From Candidatus Dormiibacterota bacterium (lineage in GTDB: Bacteria > Chloroflexota > Dormibacteria > Aeolococcales > Aeolococcaceae), in assembly GCA_035552595.1 (NCBI GenBank), contig DASZKZ010000032.1:15456-79455 (forward strand): DNA of 64,000 bases, in the 5' to 3' direction. Below, one piece after another: positions 55,025-63,743 of the stretch (position 1 is the first letter of the stretch; each line of letters starts with the position of its first letter). The notes under the pieces were generated by a model. The model ran no database searches and was not told the origin of the DNA. It saw nothing but the letters and a program-made list of their open reading frames with translations. The position numbers and the translations under genes were made by a program.

Positions 55025-56479
55025 TCAGTAGGCGCGGGCGATCAGCGCGACGTCGTCAGCTGGCTGACCACAGGCCAGGCAGGGCGCTCCGTCGGCACTG
55101 CGATCGGCGCGCAGGATGCGGACGGTGGCCGCGTGCACCGCCGCCTTGATCGCGACCTCGCACTCGGGTCGGTTGCAGAACGGTCCGCTGGCGAACACCG
55201 GTTGCTCGGCGAACGCCCCCACCAGCTCGCCGATCGAGGTGACCTCGACGCTGCGCTCGTCGAGGAGCTTCTGGGCGCGGGAGCGGATCGCCGACTGCGC
55301 CTCCTCGAGCAGGGCTGGGAGGCGCGCCCCCAGCCCGTCCACAGGGACCACCGCCTGCTCGCCGTCGACCCGCCGCACCAGGGTGACGCTGCCGCCGGCC
55401 AGGTCCTTGGCGCCCACCGTGATGCGCAGCGGCACTCCGCGCAGCTCCCAGTGAGCGAACTTCTCACCGGGGCGCATGCCCTCACGGCGATCCACTCGCA
55501 GGCGCACGTCCGCGGCGGCCTCGCGCTCGATGCGCGCGCAGGCATCCTCGACCAGGCCGGCGGCTGCCTCGTCGTTGCTGCGCGTGATCGGCACCACCAC
55601 CACCTGGATGGGAGCCACGCGCGGAGGGATGATCAGCCCGACCTCGTCGCCGTGGGCCATGATCAACCCGCCGATGATCCGTGTGGAGAGGCCCCACGAC
55701 GTCTGAAACGGGTGCTGCTCCTGGTTCTGCCGGTCCGTGTACCTGATCCCGTACGCGGTGGTGAAGTTCTGCGCGAGGTGATGCGACGTCCCCGCCTGCA
55801 GCGCCCAGCCGTCGGACATCATGGCCTCGATGCTCAGGGTGTAGCGGGCGCCGGCGAACTTCTCCGACTCGGTCTTGCGACCCTTGATCACCGGGATCGC
55901 CAGCCAGTCCTCGGCCAGCTCCCGATAGCACTCCAGCATCGTGTCGACCTCGGCGGCGGCCTCCTCGTCGGTGACGTGGAAGGTGTGCCCCTCCTGCCAG
56001 AGAAACTCGGTGGTGCGCAGGAACAGCCGGGTGCGCTTCTCCCAGCGGCACACGTTGACCCACTGGTTGATGAGCACGGGCAGGTCGCGCCAGGAGTGGA
56101 TCCAGTCCGCGTACATGGAGCAGATGATCGTCTCGCTGGTCGGCCGGATCGCCAGCCGCTCCTCGAGCTCCTTGTCGCCGCCGTGGGTCACCCAGGCAAC
56201 CTCGGGCGCGAAGCCCTCGACGTGCTGTGCCTCCTTGGCGAGGTAGCTCTCCGGGATGAAAAGCGGGAAGTACATGTTCTCGTGCCCGGTGCGCTTGATC
56301 ATCCCGTCCAGCGCATCGCGGGTGCGCTCCCAGAGGGCATAGCCATAGGGGCGGATCACCATGCAGCCCCGCACCGGCGTGTAGTCGGCGAGCTCGGCGC
56401 GACGCACCACGTCGACGTACCAGCGGTCGAAGTCCTCGCTCTTGGAGGCGATCTGACGGGAGCTGCGCTCAGTGGCCAT
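55025..56479 (-). CDS. proS: Proline--tRNA ligase, archaeal/eukaryote-like type (no INS editing domain)
   Basis: VRGCMVIRPYGY, RPTSET, FLRTTEFLWQEGHT, QAGTSHHLAQNF, SWGLSTR, C-terminal CLACG...ARAY. Confidence 0.95.
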   Translation of the reverse strand: MATERSSRQIASKSEDFDRWYVDVVRRAELADYTPVRGCMVIRPYGYALWERTRDALDGMIKRTGHENMYFPLFIPESYLAKEAQHVEGFAPEVAWVTHGGDKELEERLAIRPTSETIICSMYADWIHSWRDLPVLINQWVNVCRWEKRTRLFLRTTEFLWQEGHTFHVTDEEAAAEVDTMLECYRELAEDWLAIPVIKGRKTESEKFAGARYTLSIEAMMSDGWALQAGTSHHLAQNFTTAYGIRYTDRQNQEQHPFQTSWGLSTRIIGGLIMAHGDEVGLIIPPRVAPIQVVVVPITRSNDEAAAGLVEDACARIEREAAADVRLRVDRREGMRPGEKFAHWELRGVPLRITVGAKDLAGGSVTLVRRVDGEQAVVPVDGLGARLPALLEEAQSAIRSRAQKLLDERSVEVTSIGELVGAFAEQPVFASGPFCNRPECEVAIKAAVHAATVRILRADRSADGAPCLACGQPADDVALIARAY

Positions 56480-56551
56480 GGCGGCCGAGTATAGGGACGC
56501 CCCGGTGACGGTCAGTCGACCGGGGCGTCCAGGCCGTGGTGGCGGTGGCGG

Positions 56552-57568
56552 CTAGTGCGCTGCCAGGTAGCTCCCGAAGGAGGAGAGCGTGTCGCCGAAG
56601 GTGCCGCGGTCGGCCGTCTTGATGGCGATGCCGTTGGTGTCGGTGAACTTGGTCTCGGAGGTCCAGCAGACGCCGCTGGGCGCGTCCTTCTGGGCCACGA
56701 AGTTGAACGCGGCGTCCAGCCCCGTGGGGAACGATCCCGTGGTCAGGCCCAGGTAGTCGGTCAGCTCGGTGCCTGTGTACTGCCAGAGCATGTCGATGGT
56801 GCCGCTGGTGAGCGCCTGGCCGATGGCCTTGTCCTTGGCCTGGAACGTGTAGTCGACGGTGAAGCCGTGAGCCTGCAGGACCAGCTGGGTCATGGTGGCG
56901 AGCAGCTGCTCCTCGGCGAAGCCCTTGCTGCCGATCTTGACGTGCGCTCCGTTGCCGCTCGACCCCGAGGGGGCCGCGCAGCCTGTGCCGCTGCCGTTGG
57001 TCCCCCCGCCGCCGCTGTAGCTGGCCGAGAGGAACCCGTTTTGCGAGAGCCAGGCCTGGGCCACGTCGGACACCTTCTGGTTCTGGATCTCGACCTTGGC
57101 GTTGAGCGAGACCATGGTGGCCGTATCCAGCTTGGCGGCCACGGGAGCCATCAGGTTGGCGATGGCGGGGTACTGCTGGAGCACGCTCTGGCGCACCACC
57201 AGGCCCGCGTTGTCCGGCGGGAAGAGGTTCTTGTCGTCCTTGAGGACATAGAGGTTGTTGGCCTGGATCGCCGAGTCGGTGGTGAACACCTCACCGGCCG
57301 TGCACTGCCCGTTGGCGATGGTCTTCTCGGCGGTGTTGCCGATGTCGGTGTAGGTTGCCTTGCTGAAGGCGGAGTTGTAGGTCTTCTCCAGCCCGGGCAG
57401 CCCGTCCGGCCTGGTGCGGAACTCGGACAGGATGCAGATCTTGATCGACGACGCGCTGGGCCCTCCGCCTCCCCCGCTGCTTGTCGTGGTGTTGTTGTTG
57501 CTGCTGCCACAGGACGCCACCGTCCCGGAGATGGCGAGCGCCATCGCTGCTATGGCCTTTCGATTCAT
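56552..57568 (-). CDS. OpuAC/OsmF-family ABC substrate-binding lipoprotein, circularly permuted
   Basis: Lipobox VASC. EFRTRPDGLPGL, DDKNLFPP and LNAKV come before KIGSKGFAEEQLL and QYTGT. AGGAG RBS. Confidence 0.85.
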   Translation of the reverse strand: MNRKAIAAMALAISGTVASCGSSNNNTTTSSGGGGGPSASSIKICILSEFRTRPDGLPGLEKTYNSAFSKATYTDIGNTAEKTIANGQCTAGEVFTTDSAIQANNLYVLKDDKNLFPPDNAGLVVRQSVLQQYPAIANLMAPVAAKLDTATMVSLNAKVEIQNQKVSDVAQAWLSQNGFLSASYSGGGGTNGSGTGCAAPSGSSGNGAHVKIGSKGFAEEQLLATMTQLVLQAHGFTVDYTFQAKDKAIGQALTSGTIDMLWQYTGTELTDYLGLTTGSFPTGLDAAFNFVAQKDAPSGVCWTSETKFTDTNGIAIKTADRGTFGDTLSSFGSYLAAH

Positions 57569-57584
57569 CGTGGTCTCCTCTCCT

Positions 57585-58343
57585 TCACGCTGTGATGTGT
57601 CGCGGAACCGTGATGCGCTCCACCAATGAGAGCGCCCAATCTGCAAGCAATGCCAGGGTGGCGACCATGACGGCCCCCACGAAGATGATGCGGTTGGAGA
57701 TGTTGATGCCGGATGCGATCACCACCCCGAGGCCTCCCCCTCCGATGAAGCTGCCGAGTGTAGCCGTCCCGATGATGAGCACGAGGGAGGTGCGCAGCCC
57801 TGCAAAGATCAGCTGCGACGCCAGCGGCAGCTGGACACGGAAGAGCGCCTGCCCGCTGGTCATTCCCATGCCCCGCGCAGCCTCCACGGCCGCGGGGTCC
57901 ACGCTCTGGATGCCGGCGACGGTGTTGCGCAGCACAGGCAGCGCGCCGTAGGCGACCAGCGCGATGATGGTCGGCTCCTGGCCGAGGCCGAGAAAGGCGT
58001 AGAGGAGCACCAGGATGCCGATGCCCGGGACCGCCTGGCCGACGTTGGCGAGAAGGAAGACGAGCAGGCGGAGGGCGCGGCCCGCGCCGGCGATGAGGAT
58101 TCCCAGCGGGACGAAGAGGGCGGCCACCACCGCGAAGGACACCGCCGAGAGCAAGACGTGCTCGACCAGCCGGGCCTGAAGGAAGTCGAGGTTGAGCACC
58201 TGATCGTCGGCGATCGATCCGCTGATCGTCTGGTAGAGGCCGAAGGAGATGGCCAGCCCCACCAGGATGACGATGGGTGTGGCCAGCACCCTGACCCGGG
58301 CAACGGCGAGGCGGCGCGGGTGGCGCGCCGGGGTCGCGCTCAT
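57585..58343 (-). CDS. Opu/ProW-type ABC permease
   Basis: NVGQAVPGI, LPVLRNTVAGI, EAA motif EAARGMGMT...VQLPLA. Confidence 0.9.
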   Translation of the reverse strand: MSATPARHPRRLAVARVRVLATPIVILVGLAISFGLYQTISGSIADDQVLNLDFLQARLVEHVLLSAVSFAVVAALFVPLGILIAGAGRALRLLVFLLANVGQAVPGIGILVLLYAFLGLGQEPTIIALVAYGALPVLRNTVAGIQSVDPAAVEAARGMGMTSGQALFRVQLPLASQLIFAGLRTSLVLIIGTATLGSFIGGGGLGVVIASGINISNRIIFVGAVMVATLALLADWALSLVERITVPRHITA

Positions 58344-59278
58344 CGCGACGCCTTGCGGATGACGTCGGCGTCGACGATCCCCAGCGTGGCCCCCGCATCC
58401 ATCACCTGCACCCGCCCATCGCTGGCGCGCAGCACGGCGTCGAGCGCATCCCGGAGCGTGGCACTCGCGTCGACGGTCTCGACCGGCGGCTGCTTGCCGT
58501 CGACCGGGGCGAGCGGGGCGTCGCGAACCTTGATGAGCGAGAGGCGGCGAACCATCCGTCCCTCCCCGAGGAAGTCCTTGACGAAATCGGAGGCGGGACG
58601 GGCGAGCAGCTCGGCCGGGGTGGCGTACTGCTGGAGCACGCCTCCCTGAGAGAAGAGCGCCACCCGGTCGCCGAGCCGGATCGCCTCGTCGATGTCGTGG
58701 GTGACGAAGACGATCGTCTTGCGCACCACCTGCTGGAGGCGGAGGAGCTCGTTCTGGAGGCGCTCGCGCGCGATCGGGTCGATGGCCCCGAAGGGCTCGT
58801 CCATGAGGAGGATGTTGGGATCGACCCCGAGAGCTCGCGCCACCCCGACACGCTGCCGCTCACCGCCGCTGAGCTCAGCGGGAAGGCGCTTGGCGTAGTG
58901 CGCCGCCGGCAGCCCCACCAGCTCGAGAAGCTCGTCGACACGTGCGCTGATGCGCTGCTTGTCCCAACCGGCAAGGCGGGGAACGGTGGCGACGTTCTCG
59001 GCGACCGTGTAGTGCGGGAAGAGACCGATCTGCTGGATCACGTAGCCGATGGAGCGGCGCAGGACGTTGACGTCGACCGTGGCGGTGTCGCTGCCGTCGA
59101 TGCTGATCGTCCCGGAGGTGGGCTCGATGAGACGGTTGATCATCTTCAGCGACGTGGTCTTGCCGCAGCCGGAAGGGCCGACGAAGATGACGATGTTGCC
59201 CGAGGGTATCTCCAGAGACAGCTCGTGCACGGCGTCGACATCCGCATAACGCTTGGTGACACGCTGGAAGGTGATCAC
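58340..59278 (-). CDS. Opu/ProV-type ABC ATP-binding protein
   Basis: GPSGCGKTT, LSGGERQRVG, LMDEPFGAIDP, FVTHDIDEA, CBS-like tail. Confidence 0.92.
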   Translation of the reverse strand: MITFQRVTKRYADVDAVHELSLEIPSGNIVIFVGPSGCGKTTSLKMINRLIEPTSGTISIDGSDTATVDVNVLRRSIGYVIQQIGLFPHYTVAENVATVPRLAGWDKQRISARVDELLELVGLPAAHYAKRLPAELSGGERQRVGVARALGVDPNILLMDEPFGAIDPIARERLQNELLRLQQVVRKTIVFVTHDIDEAIRLGDRVALFSQGGVLQQYATPAELLARPASDFVKDFLGEGRMVRRLSLIKVRDAPLAPVDGKQPPVETVDASATLRDALDAVLRASDGRVQVMDAGATLGIVDADVIRKASR

Positions 59279-59925
59279 GTCGCCGCCACCGTGACGCGCC
59301 CCCGTGAGAGAGCCCGCTGCACAGCGGCCAGCACGAGGTCGGCGATGATCCCGATCAGGGCCACGGGGATGATCCCGGCGAGGACCTGCTCGAGGGTGCC
59401 GGTGTCGCGGGTGAGGGCGGCGAAGATGGGCTGGCCGAGGTCGTTCGCCCCCACCGCCGCCCCGACGGTGGCGATGGCCACGATCATCACCGTCGCCTGG
59501 CGCAGCCCGGCGAGGATCACCGGCACCGCCAGCGGCAGCTCGACGCGGGTGAGCTGCTGTACCGCGCTCATCCCCATGCCGCGCGCCGCCTCGGTCACGG
59601 CGGGATCGACGGCCATGATGCCCGCGCGCGTGTTGCGCACGATGGGCAGCAGCGCGTAGAGGATGAGCCCGATGATGACGGGCGGGTTGCCCAGCCCGAA
59701 CCAGATGGAGAGGAGCCCGAAGAGGGCGAAGCTGGGGACCGTCAGAATGGTGCTGGTGACGGCGAGGATGAAGGTCGCGAAGCGCTCTGAACGCGATGCC
59801 AGGACGCCGAGGCCCAGCCCGAGGACCCCAGCGACGGCCATGCAGATGGCGACGATCTCGAGGTGAGTGACCACCTGGGGCCCGAGGGTGTCCCAGTTGT
59901 CCAGGATGTACCGCAGGGTGCTCAC
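59275..59925 (-). CDS. Opu/ProW-type ABC permease
   Basis: TVPSFALFG, LPIVRNTRAGI, EAARGMGMS...VELPLA. Confidence 0.9.
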   Translation of the reverse strand: MSTLRYILDNWDTLGPQVVTHLEIVAICMAVAGVLGLGLGVLASRSERFATFILAVTSTILTVPSFALFGLLSIWFGLGNPPVIIGLILYALLPIVRNTRAGIMAVDPAVTEAARGMGMSAVQQLTRVELPLAVPVILAGLRQATVMIVAIATVGAAVGANDLGQPIFAALTRDTGTLEQVLAGIIPVALIGIIADLVLAAVQRALSRGRVTVAAT

Positions 59926-60021
59926 TGAGAGTCGTCTCGCTGCGGCGGCAAGTCCTGAGCCCGCGGGAACCCGCCTGTCCCCACTGGGTCACATCTTATC
60001 GTTCGGGGTGGGGGCTTGCCC

Positions 60022-61197
60022 CTAGCCGACCGCCAGCGGCAGCGACCGCAGAGGCGCCTGGCCATCACCGAGGCCGGTGGGGAGCGGCTCCCCGGCGGCG
60101 AGCAGGCGGGCGTCCTCGGCGGCGATCGCCTTCAGCTCGGTGACCAGAGAGTCGATGAGCTGCTCCTGGGGGAGCGAGGCGATCACCTTGCCGCCCCGGT
60201 AGAGAATCCCCTTCTGGCGGCCGCCGGCGATGCCGATGTCGGCGTGCATGCCCTCGCCCGGCCCGTTGACGACGCAGCCCATCACCGAGACGTTGATGGT
60301 GCGGCGGACCTCACGGAGGGCCTCCTCGACGCGCGCCACCATGGGGAACATGTCGATCTCGAGGCGGCCGCAGGTGGGACAGGCGATCAGGTTGGGACCG
60401 CTGCCCGTCTCACTGAGGTTCTGGAGGATCTGCCGGCCCACCCTGACCTCGTCCTCGGGCTCCCCCACCAGCGAGACGCGGATGGTGTCGCCGATCCCCT
60501 CGGCGAGCAGGATGCCGATGCCCATGGCGCTCTTGACGCTGCCCGATTCGACGGGACCCGCCTCGGTGAGGCCGAGGTGGAGCGGGTAGCGGTTGCCCAG
60601 GGCCGCGAACTTGCGGTTGACGGCGATGTTGGTGAGCACGTCGCTGGCCTTGAGGGACACCTTGATGTTGCGGAAGTCGAGCTCTTCGAGGATGCGGATG
60701 TGGCCCAGCGCTGCTTCGACCATGTGCTCGGCCGTCTCCTCGATGCTGGCCCCACGGCCACGTTCCAGCTCCTTGCGCTGGGGGATGCTGCCGCTGTTGA
60801 CGCCGATGCGGATGGGCACGTCGCGGGCCGCCGCCTCGGCGGCGATGTCTCGCACCTTGGTGGCGTCGGTGATGTTGCCCGGATTGAGTCGCAGGCAGGC
60901 GATGCCGGCTTCGAGCGCACGCAGCGCCAGGGGCGCGTCGTAGTGCACATCGGCGATCACCGGGATGGGCGAGCCCTTGACGATCTCGCGCATGGCCACT
61001 CCGGCCTCGGGCGTGTCACAGGTGACCCGGATGATGTCGGCGCCGGCCTTGGCGGCCCTCTCGATCTGGGCGAGCGTCGCCCTCACGTCCTCGGTCTGCG
61101 TCTTGGTCATGGTCTGCACCGGGATCGGTGCAGCACCGCCGACGATGACGCCGCCGACGTTGACGGGGATGGTGGCGCGTCTGCTGATGGTGCTCAT
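60022..61197 (-). CDS. ispG: 4-hydroxy-3-methylbut-2-en-1-yl diphosphate synthase
   Basis: IPVQTMT, ADVHY, RLNPGN, IRIGVNSGS, YPLHLGLTEAG, GDTIRVSL, CPTCGR, MGCVVNGPGE. Confidence 0.96.
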   Translation of the reverse strand: MSTISRRATIPVNVGGVIVGGAAPIPVQTMTKTQTEDVRATLAQIERAAKAGADIIRVTCDTPEAGVAMREIVKGSPIPVIADVHYDAPLALRALEAGIACLRLNPGNITDATKVRDIAAEAAARDVPIRIGVNSGSIPQRKELERGRGASIEETAEHMVEAALGHIRILEELDFRNIKVSLKASDVLTNIAVNRKFAALGNRYPLHLGLTEAGPVESGSVKSAMGIGILLAEGIGDTIRVSLVGEPEDEVRVGRQILQNLSETGSGPNLIACPTCGRLEIDMFPMVARVEEALREVRRTINVSVMGCVVNGPGEGMHADIGIAGGRQKGILYRGGKVIASLPQEQLIDSLVTELKAIAAEDARLLAAGEPLPTGLGDGQAPLRSLPLAVG

Positions 61198-62534
61198 TGG
61201 GGTCTGCTGACATCTCCGATGGTGACATAGATGGCGAAGAGGACAACCGCCGCCAGGCCGACCGCGTAGATGAGGGCCTCCCGCCGGGGATCGAGGCGGC
61301 GCCGGCGCACCGCCTCGAGCAGGATCAGGAATGCCTTGCCCCCGTCGAGGAATGGGATGGGGAGCACGTTGACGAGCCCCAGGTTCATGCTCACGAAGGC
61401 GATCCAATAGGCGAGCGACCTGCCTCCCTGGTGGGTGGCCGTCACGGTCTCGCGCACGATGCCCACCGGCCCCGACAGACCCTGCGGGCCGGTGATGCCG
61501 CCGCTCTTGGGGTTGGTGACCAGGTTGGAGAGGTCGCTGAAGGTGGTGGTGACGAAGGTGGGGATCTGGCCGAACCCGTCGGCGAGCGCCTGGCCCACCG
61601 GCTCCCCGTCGTAGTTGGGCGACACCCCCAGCCGCCACGCTGCCTGGACGGCGCCGGCCGCGCCACTGCCATCCCCGATGGCCGAGGCGGTCAGGTCGGA
61701 GTAGCTCGCGCCTCGGGTGCCGTCGGCGTTGATCAGGAAGCCCGTGACCCGGACCGCGTGGCCGCTTCCCAGGACCTGGGCGGGATCACCGGTCGACACC
61801 GGCTGATCGTTGACCGCGGTGACCACGAACTCGGCGCCAACCGGGAGCTCGGCCACGGTCTGGACCGGCGCGGAGCCCGGCGACGGTGACGGCGCTCCCG
61901 GGCTCGGCGTGGCCGTGGCGGGGGCCTGGACCCCGTTGACGATGATCAGCGAGGGCCGGATCGTGACCGTGTGGGTGGAGCCACCGCTGGCGTAGACCAC
62001 CGTCATCGGCCGCCCCGCCGCCGCCGCTGTCGCCGCATGGAGGTCGGTGGCGACATCTGTCGCGGTGTCGTGGCGGATGGCCCGGCCGTCGACGCTGAGG
62101 ATCACGTCGCCGTCATGGAGGCCCGCCTGCTGGGCGGCCGCGCCGGGCTGGATGTGTGAGGCGTTGGGCAGGGTGAGCAGGATGGTGAAGAGGAGGCCCG
62201 CGAAGACCATGTTGGTGACGATGCCGGCCAGGATGGTGGCCATCCGCTTGGGGATGGAGGCCCGGTAGAAGTTGCGCTCCCCGGCGTCCGCCTCCCCCTC
62301 CAGGCCGAGCATGCCGGCCATGCGCACGAACCCGCCGGCGGGGATGACGCGCAGGGAGTAGGTGGTCTCACCGACGCGCTTGGACGCGATCCGGGGACCG
62401 AATCCGACCGAGAACTCGTCGACCCGGACCCCGCAGAGCTTGCCCACGAGAAAGTGGCCGCCCTCGTGGACCAGCACGACGGTGAGCAGGACCAGGATGA
62501 CCGCACCGACCACGGTGAGAACGTCGAGGATCAC
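61194..62534 (-). CDS. rseP: RseP-like M50 intramembrane zinc metalloprotease with PDZ domain
   Basis: HEGGH, FSVGFGP, PAGGFVRMAG, PDZ, NVLPIPFLDGG. Confidence 0.92.
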   Translation of the reverse strand: MILDVLTVVGAVILVLLTVVLVHEGGHFLVGKLCGVRVDEFSVGFGPRIASKRVGETTYSLRVIPAGGFVRMAGMLGLEGEADAGERNFYRASIPKRMATILAGIVTNMVFAGLLFTILLTLPNASHIQPGAAAQQAGLHDGDVILSVDGRAIRHDTATDVATDLHAATAAAAGRPMTVVYASGGSTHTVTIRPSLIIVNGVQAPATATPSPGAPSPSPGSAPVQTVAELPVGAEFVVTAVNDQPVSTGDPAQVLGSGHAVRVTGFLINADGTRGASYSDLTASAIGDGSGAAGAVQAAWRLGVSPNYDGEPVGQALADGFGQIPTFVTTTFSDLSNLVTNPKSGGITGPQGLSGPVGIVRETVTATHQGGRSLAYWIAFVSMNLGLVNVLPIPFLDGGKAFLILLEAVRRRRLDPRREALIYAVGLAAVVLFAIYVTIGDVSRPQ

Positions 62535-63706
62535 GCCGTGCTCACCGCCCCGGCGATGTGGTCGGAGGCGAAGGTCCGCGCCCAGGCGTCGGCGTCGAGG
62601 ATGTCGGCGAGTGACGGGGCCGTCACCGCCGGGGCTGCCGAGACGGTCTCCGCCACCAGGGGGACGATCCGGTCGTAGCCGATCCGGGACTCGAGGAACG
62701 CGGCCACCGCCACCTCGTTGGCGGCGTTGAGCACCGCCGGTGACACGCCGCCCGCCTCGCCGGCGGCACGCGCCAGCGCCACCGCTGGAAAGCGGGCGGA
62801 GTCGACCTCGAAGAACTCGAGGGCGGTGCCGGTCAGCTGAACCGCCGCCGCGATCCCGGGCAGGCGTTCGCCGTCGGCGAGGGCGAGGGCGATGGGAACG
62901 CGCATGTCGGGGACGCCGAGCTGGGCCATGACAGCGCCGTCGATGAACTCGACGAAAGAGTGGACGATGCTGCGCGGGTGGATGACCACGCCGATGTCCG
63001 GGTAGGCGACGTCGAAGAGGAAGTGGGCCTCGATGATCTCGAGCCCCTTGTTCATCATCGTCGCCGAATCGATGGTCACCTTGGGACCCATCGTCCAGGT
63101 GGGGTGGCGGAGGGCCTCGGCCACCGTCACGGCCGGGAAGCTGGCGGGGTCGCGCTCCCGGAACGGGCCGCCGCTGGCGGTGAGGACGAGGCGGCGCACG
63201 GCGTCGGCCCGCTCGCCGCGGAGGCACTGCCAGAGGGCGCTGTGCTCGCTGTCGACCGGGAGGATCCTGGCGGCGGCGGCCGCGGCCCGGGATTTGACCA
63301 GCTCGCCGGCCATGACCAGGACCTCCTTGGTGGCCGTGGCGACGGTTCGCCCCGCGTCCAGCGCCGCCAGCGTGGGCCGCAGGGCGGCGGCGCCGGGGAT
63401 GGCCACACAGACCACGTCGGAATCCATCGCGGCCAGCTCGCACGCCGCCTCCAGGCCGGCGTCCATGCCGGCGACCAGCTCCTGCCCGGGCGGCGGAGCC
63501 ACCACCACCGCCCGGGCCACCCCGAAGCGCGCGGCCACCTCGGCGAGGCCCTGGACGTCGCTGCCCGCGGCCACGCCGACCAGCTCGAAGCGGTCGGGAA
63601 AGCGGGCGACCACGTCGCAGCACTGGCGGCCGATGGAGCCGGTGGCACCGAGGAGCACGACGCGCCGTGGCGGGGAGGCGGCGCTGGCGGAGGGGGTGGC
63701 GGTCAT
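62531..63706 (-). CDS. dxr: 1-deoxy-D-xylulose-5-phosphate reductoisomerase
   Basis: LGATGSIG, ATKEVLV, PVDSEHSALWQ, TASGGPFR, HPTWTMG.KVTIDSAT, NAANE. Start may be 63724. Confidence 0.95.
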   Translation of the reverse strand: MTATPSASAASPPRRVVLLGATGSIGRQCCDVVARFPDRFELVGVAAGSDVQGLAEVAARFGVARAVVVAPPPGQELVAGMDAGLEAACELAAMDSDVVCVAIPGAAALRPTLAALDAGRTVATATKEVLVMAGELVKSRAAAAAARILPVDSEHSALWQCLRGERADAVRRLVLTASGGPFRERDPASFPAVTVAEALRHPTWTMGPKVTIDSATMMNKGLEIIEAHFLFDVAYPDIGVVIHPRSIVHSFVEFIDGAVMAQLGVPDMRVPIALALADGERLPGIAAAVQLTGTALEFFEVDSARFPAVALARAAGEAGGVSPAVLNAANEVAVAAFLESRIGYDRIVPLVAETVSAAPAVTAPSLADILDADAWARTFASDHIAGAVSTA

Positions 63707-63743
63707 CGCTCCATTCTCCGCCAAGGCCCGGGCAGAGAACCCC

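Noticed and set aside
5743-56552. T-box riboswitches ahead of pheS, thrS, metG, alaS, hisS/aspS and proS
   Set aside because: Upstream gaps are too short or the genes are coupled or leaderless, and no T-box sequence with a terminator was seen.
3197-62000. Many long plus-strand ORFs (for example 3197-5806, 13556-15079, 16559-18865, 42821-44425, 50479-52974)
   Set aside because: They lie antisense to clearly recognisable genes and have no motifs. They are typical shadow ORFs of high-GC DNA.
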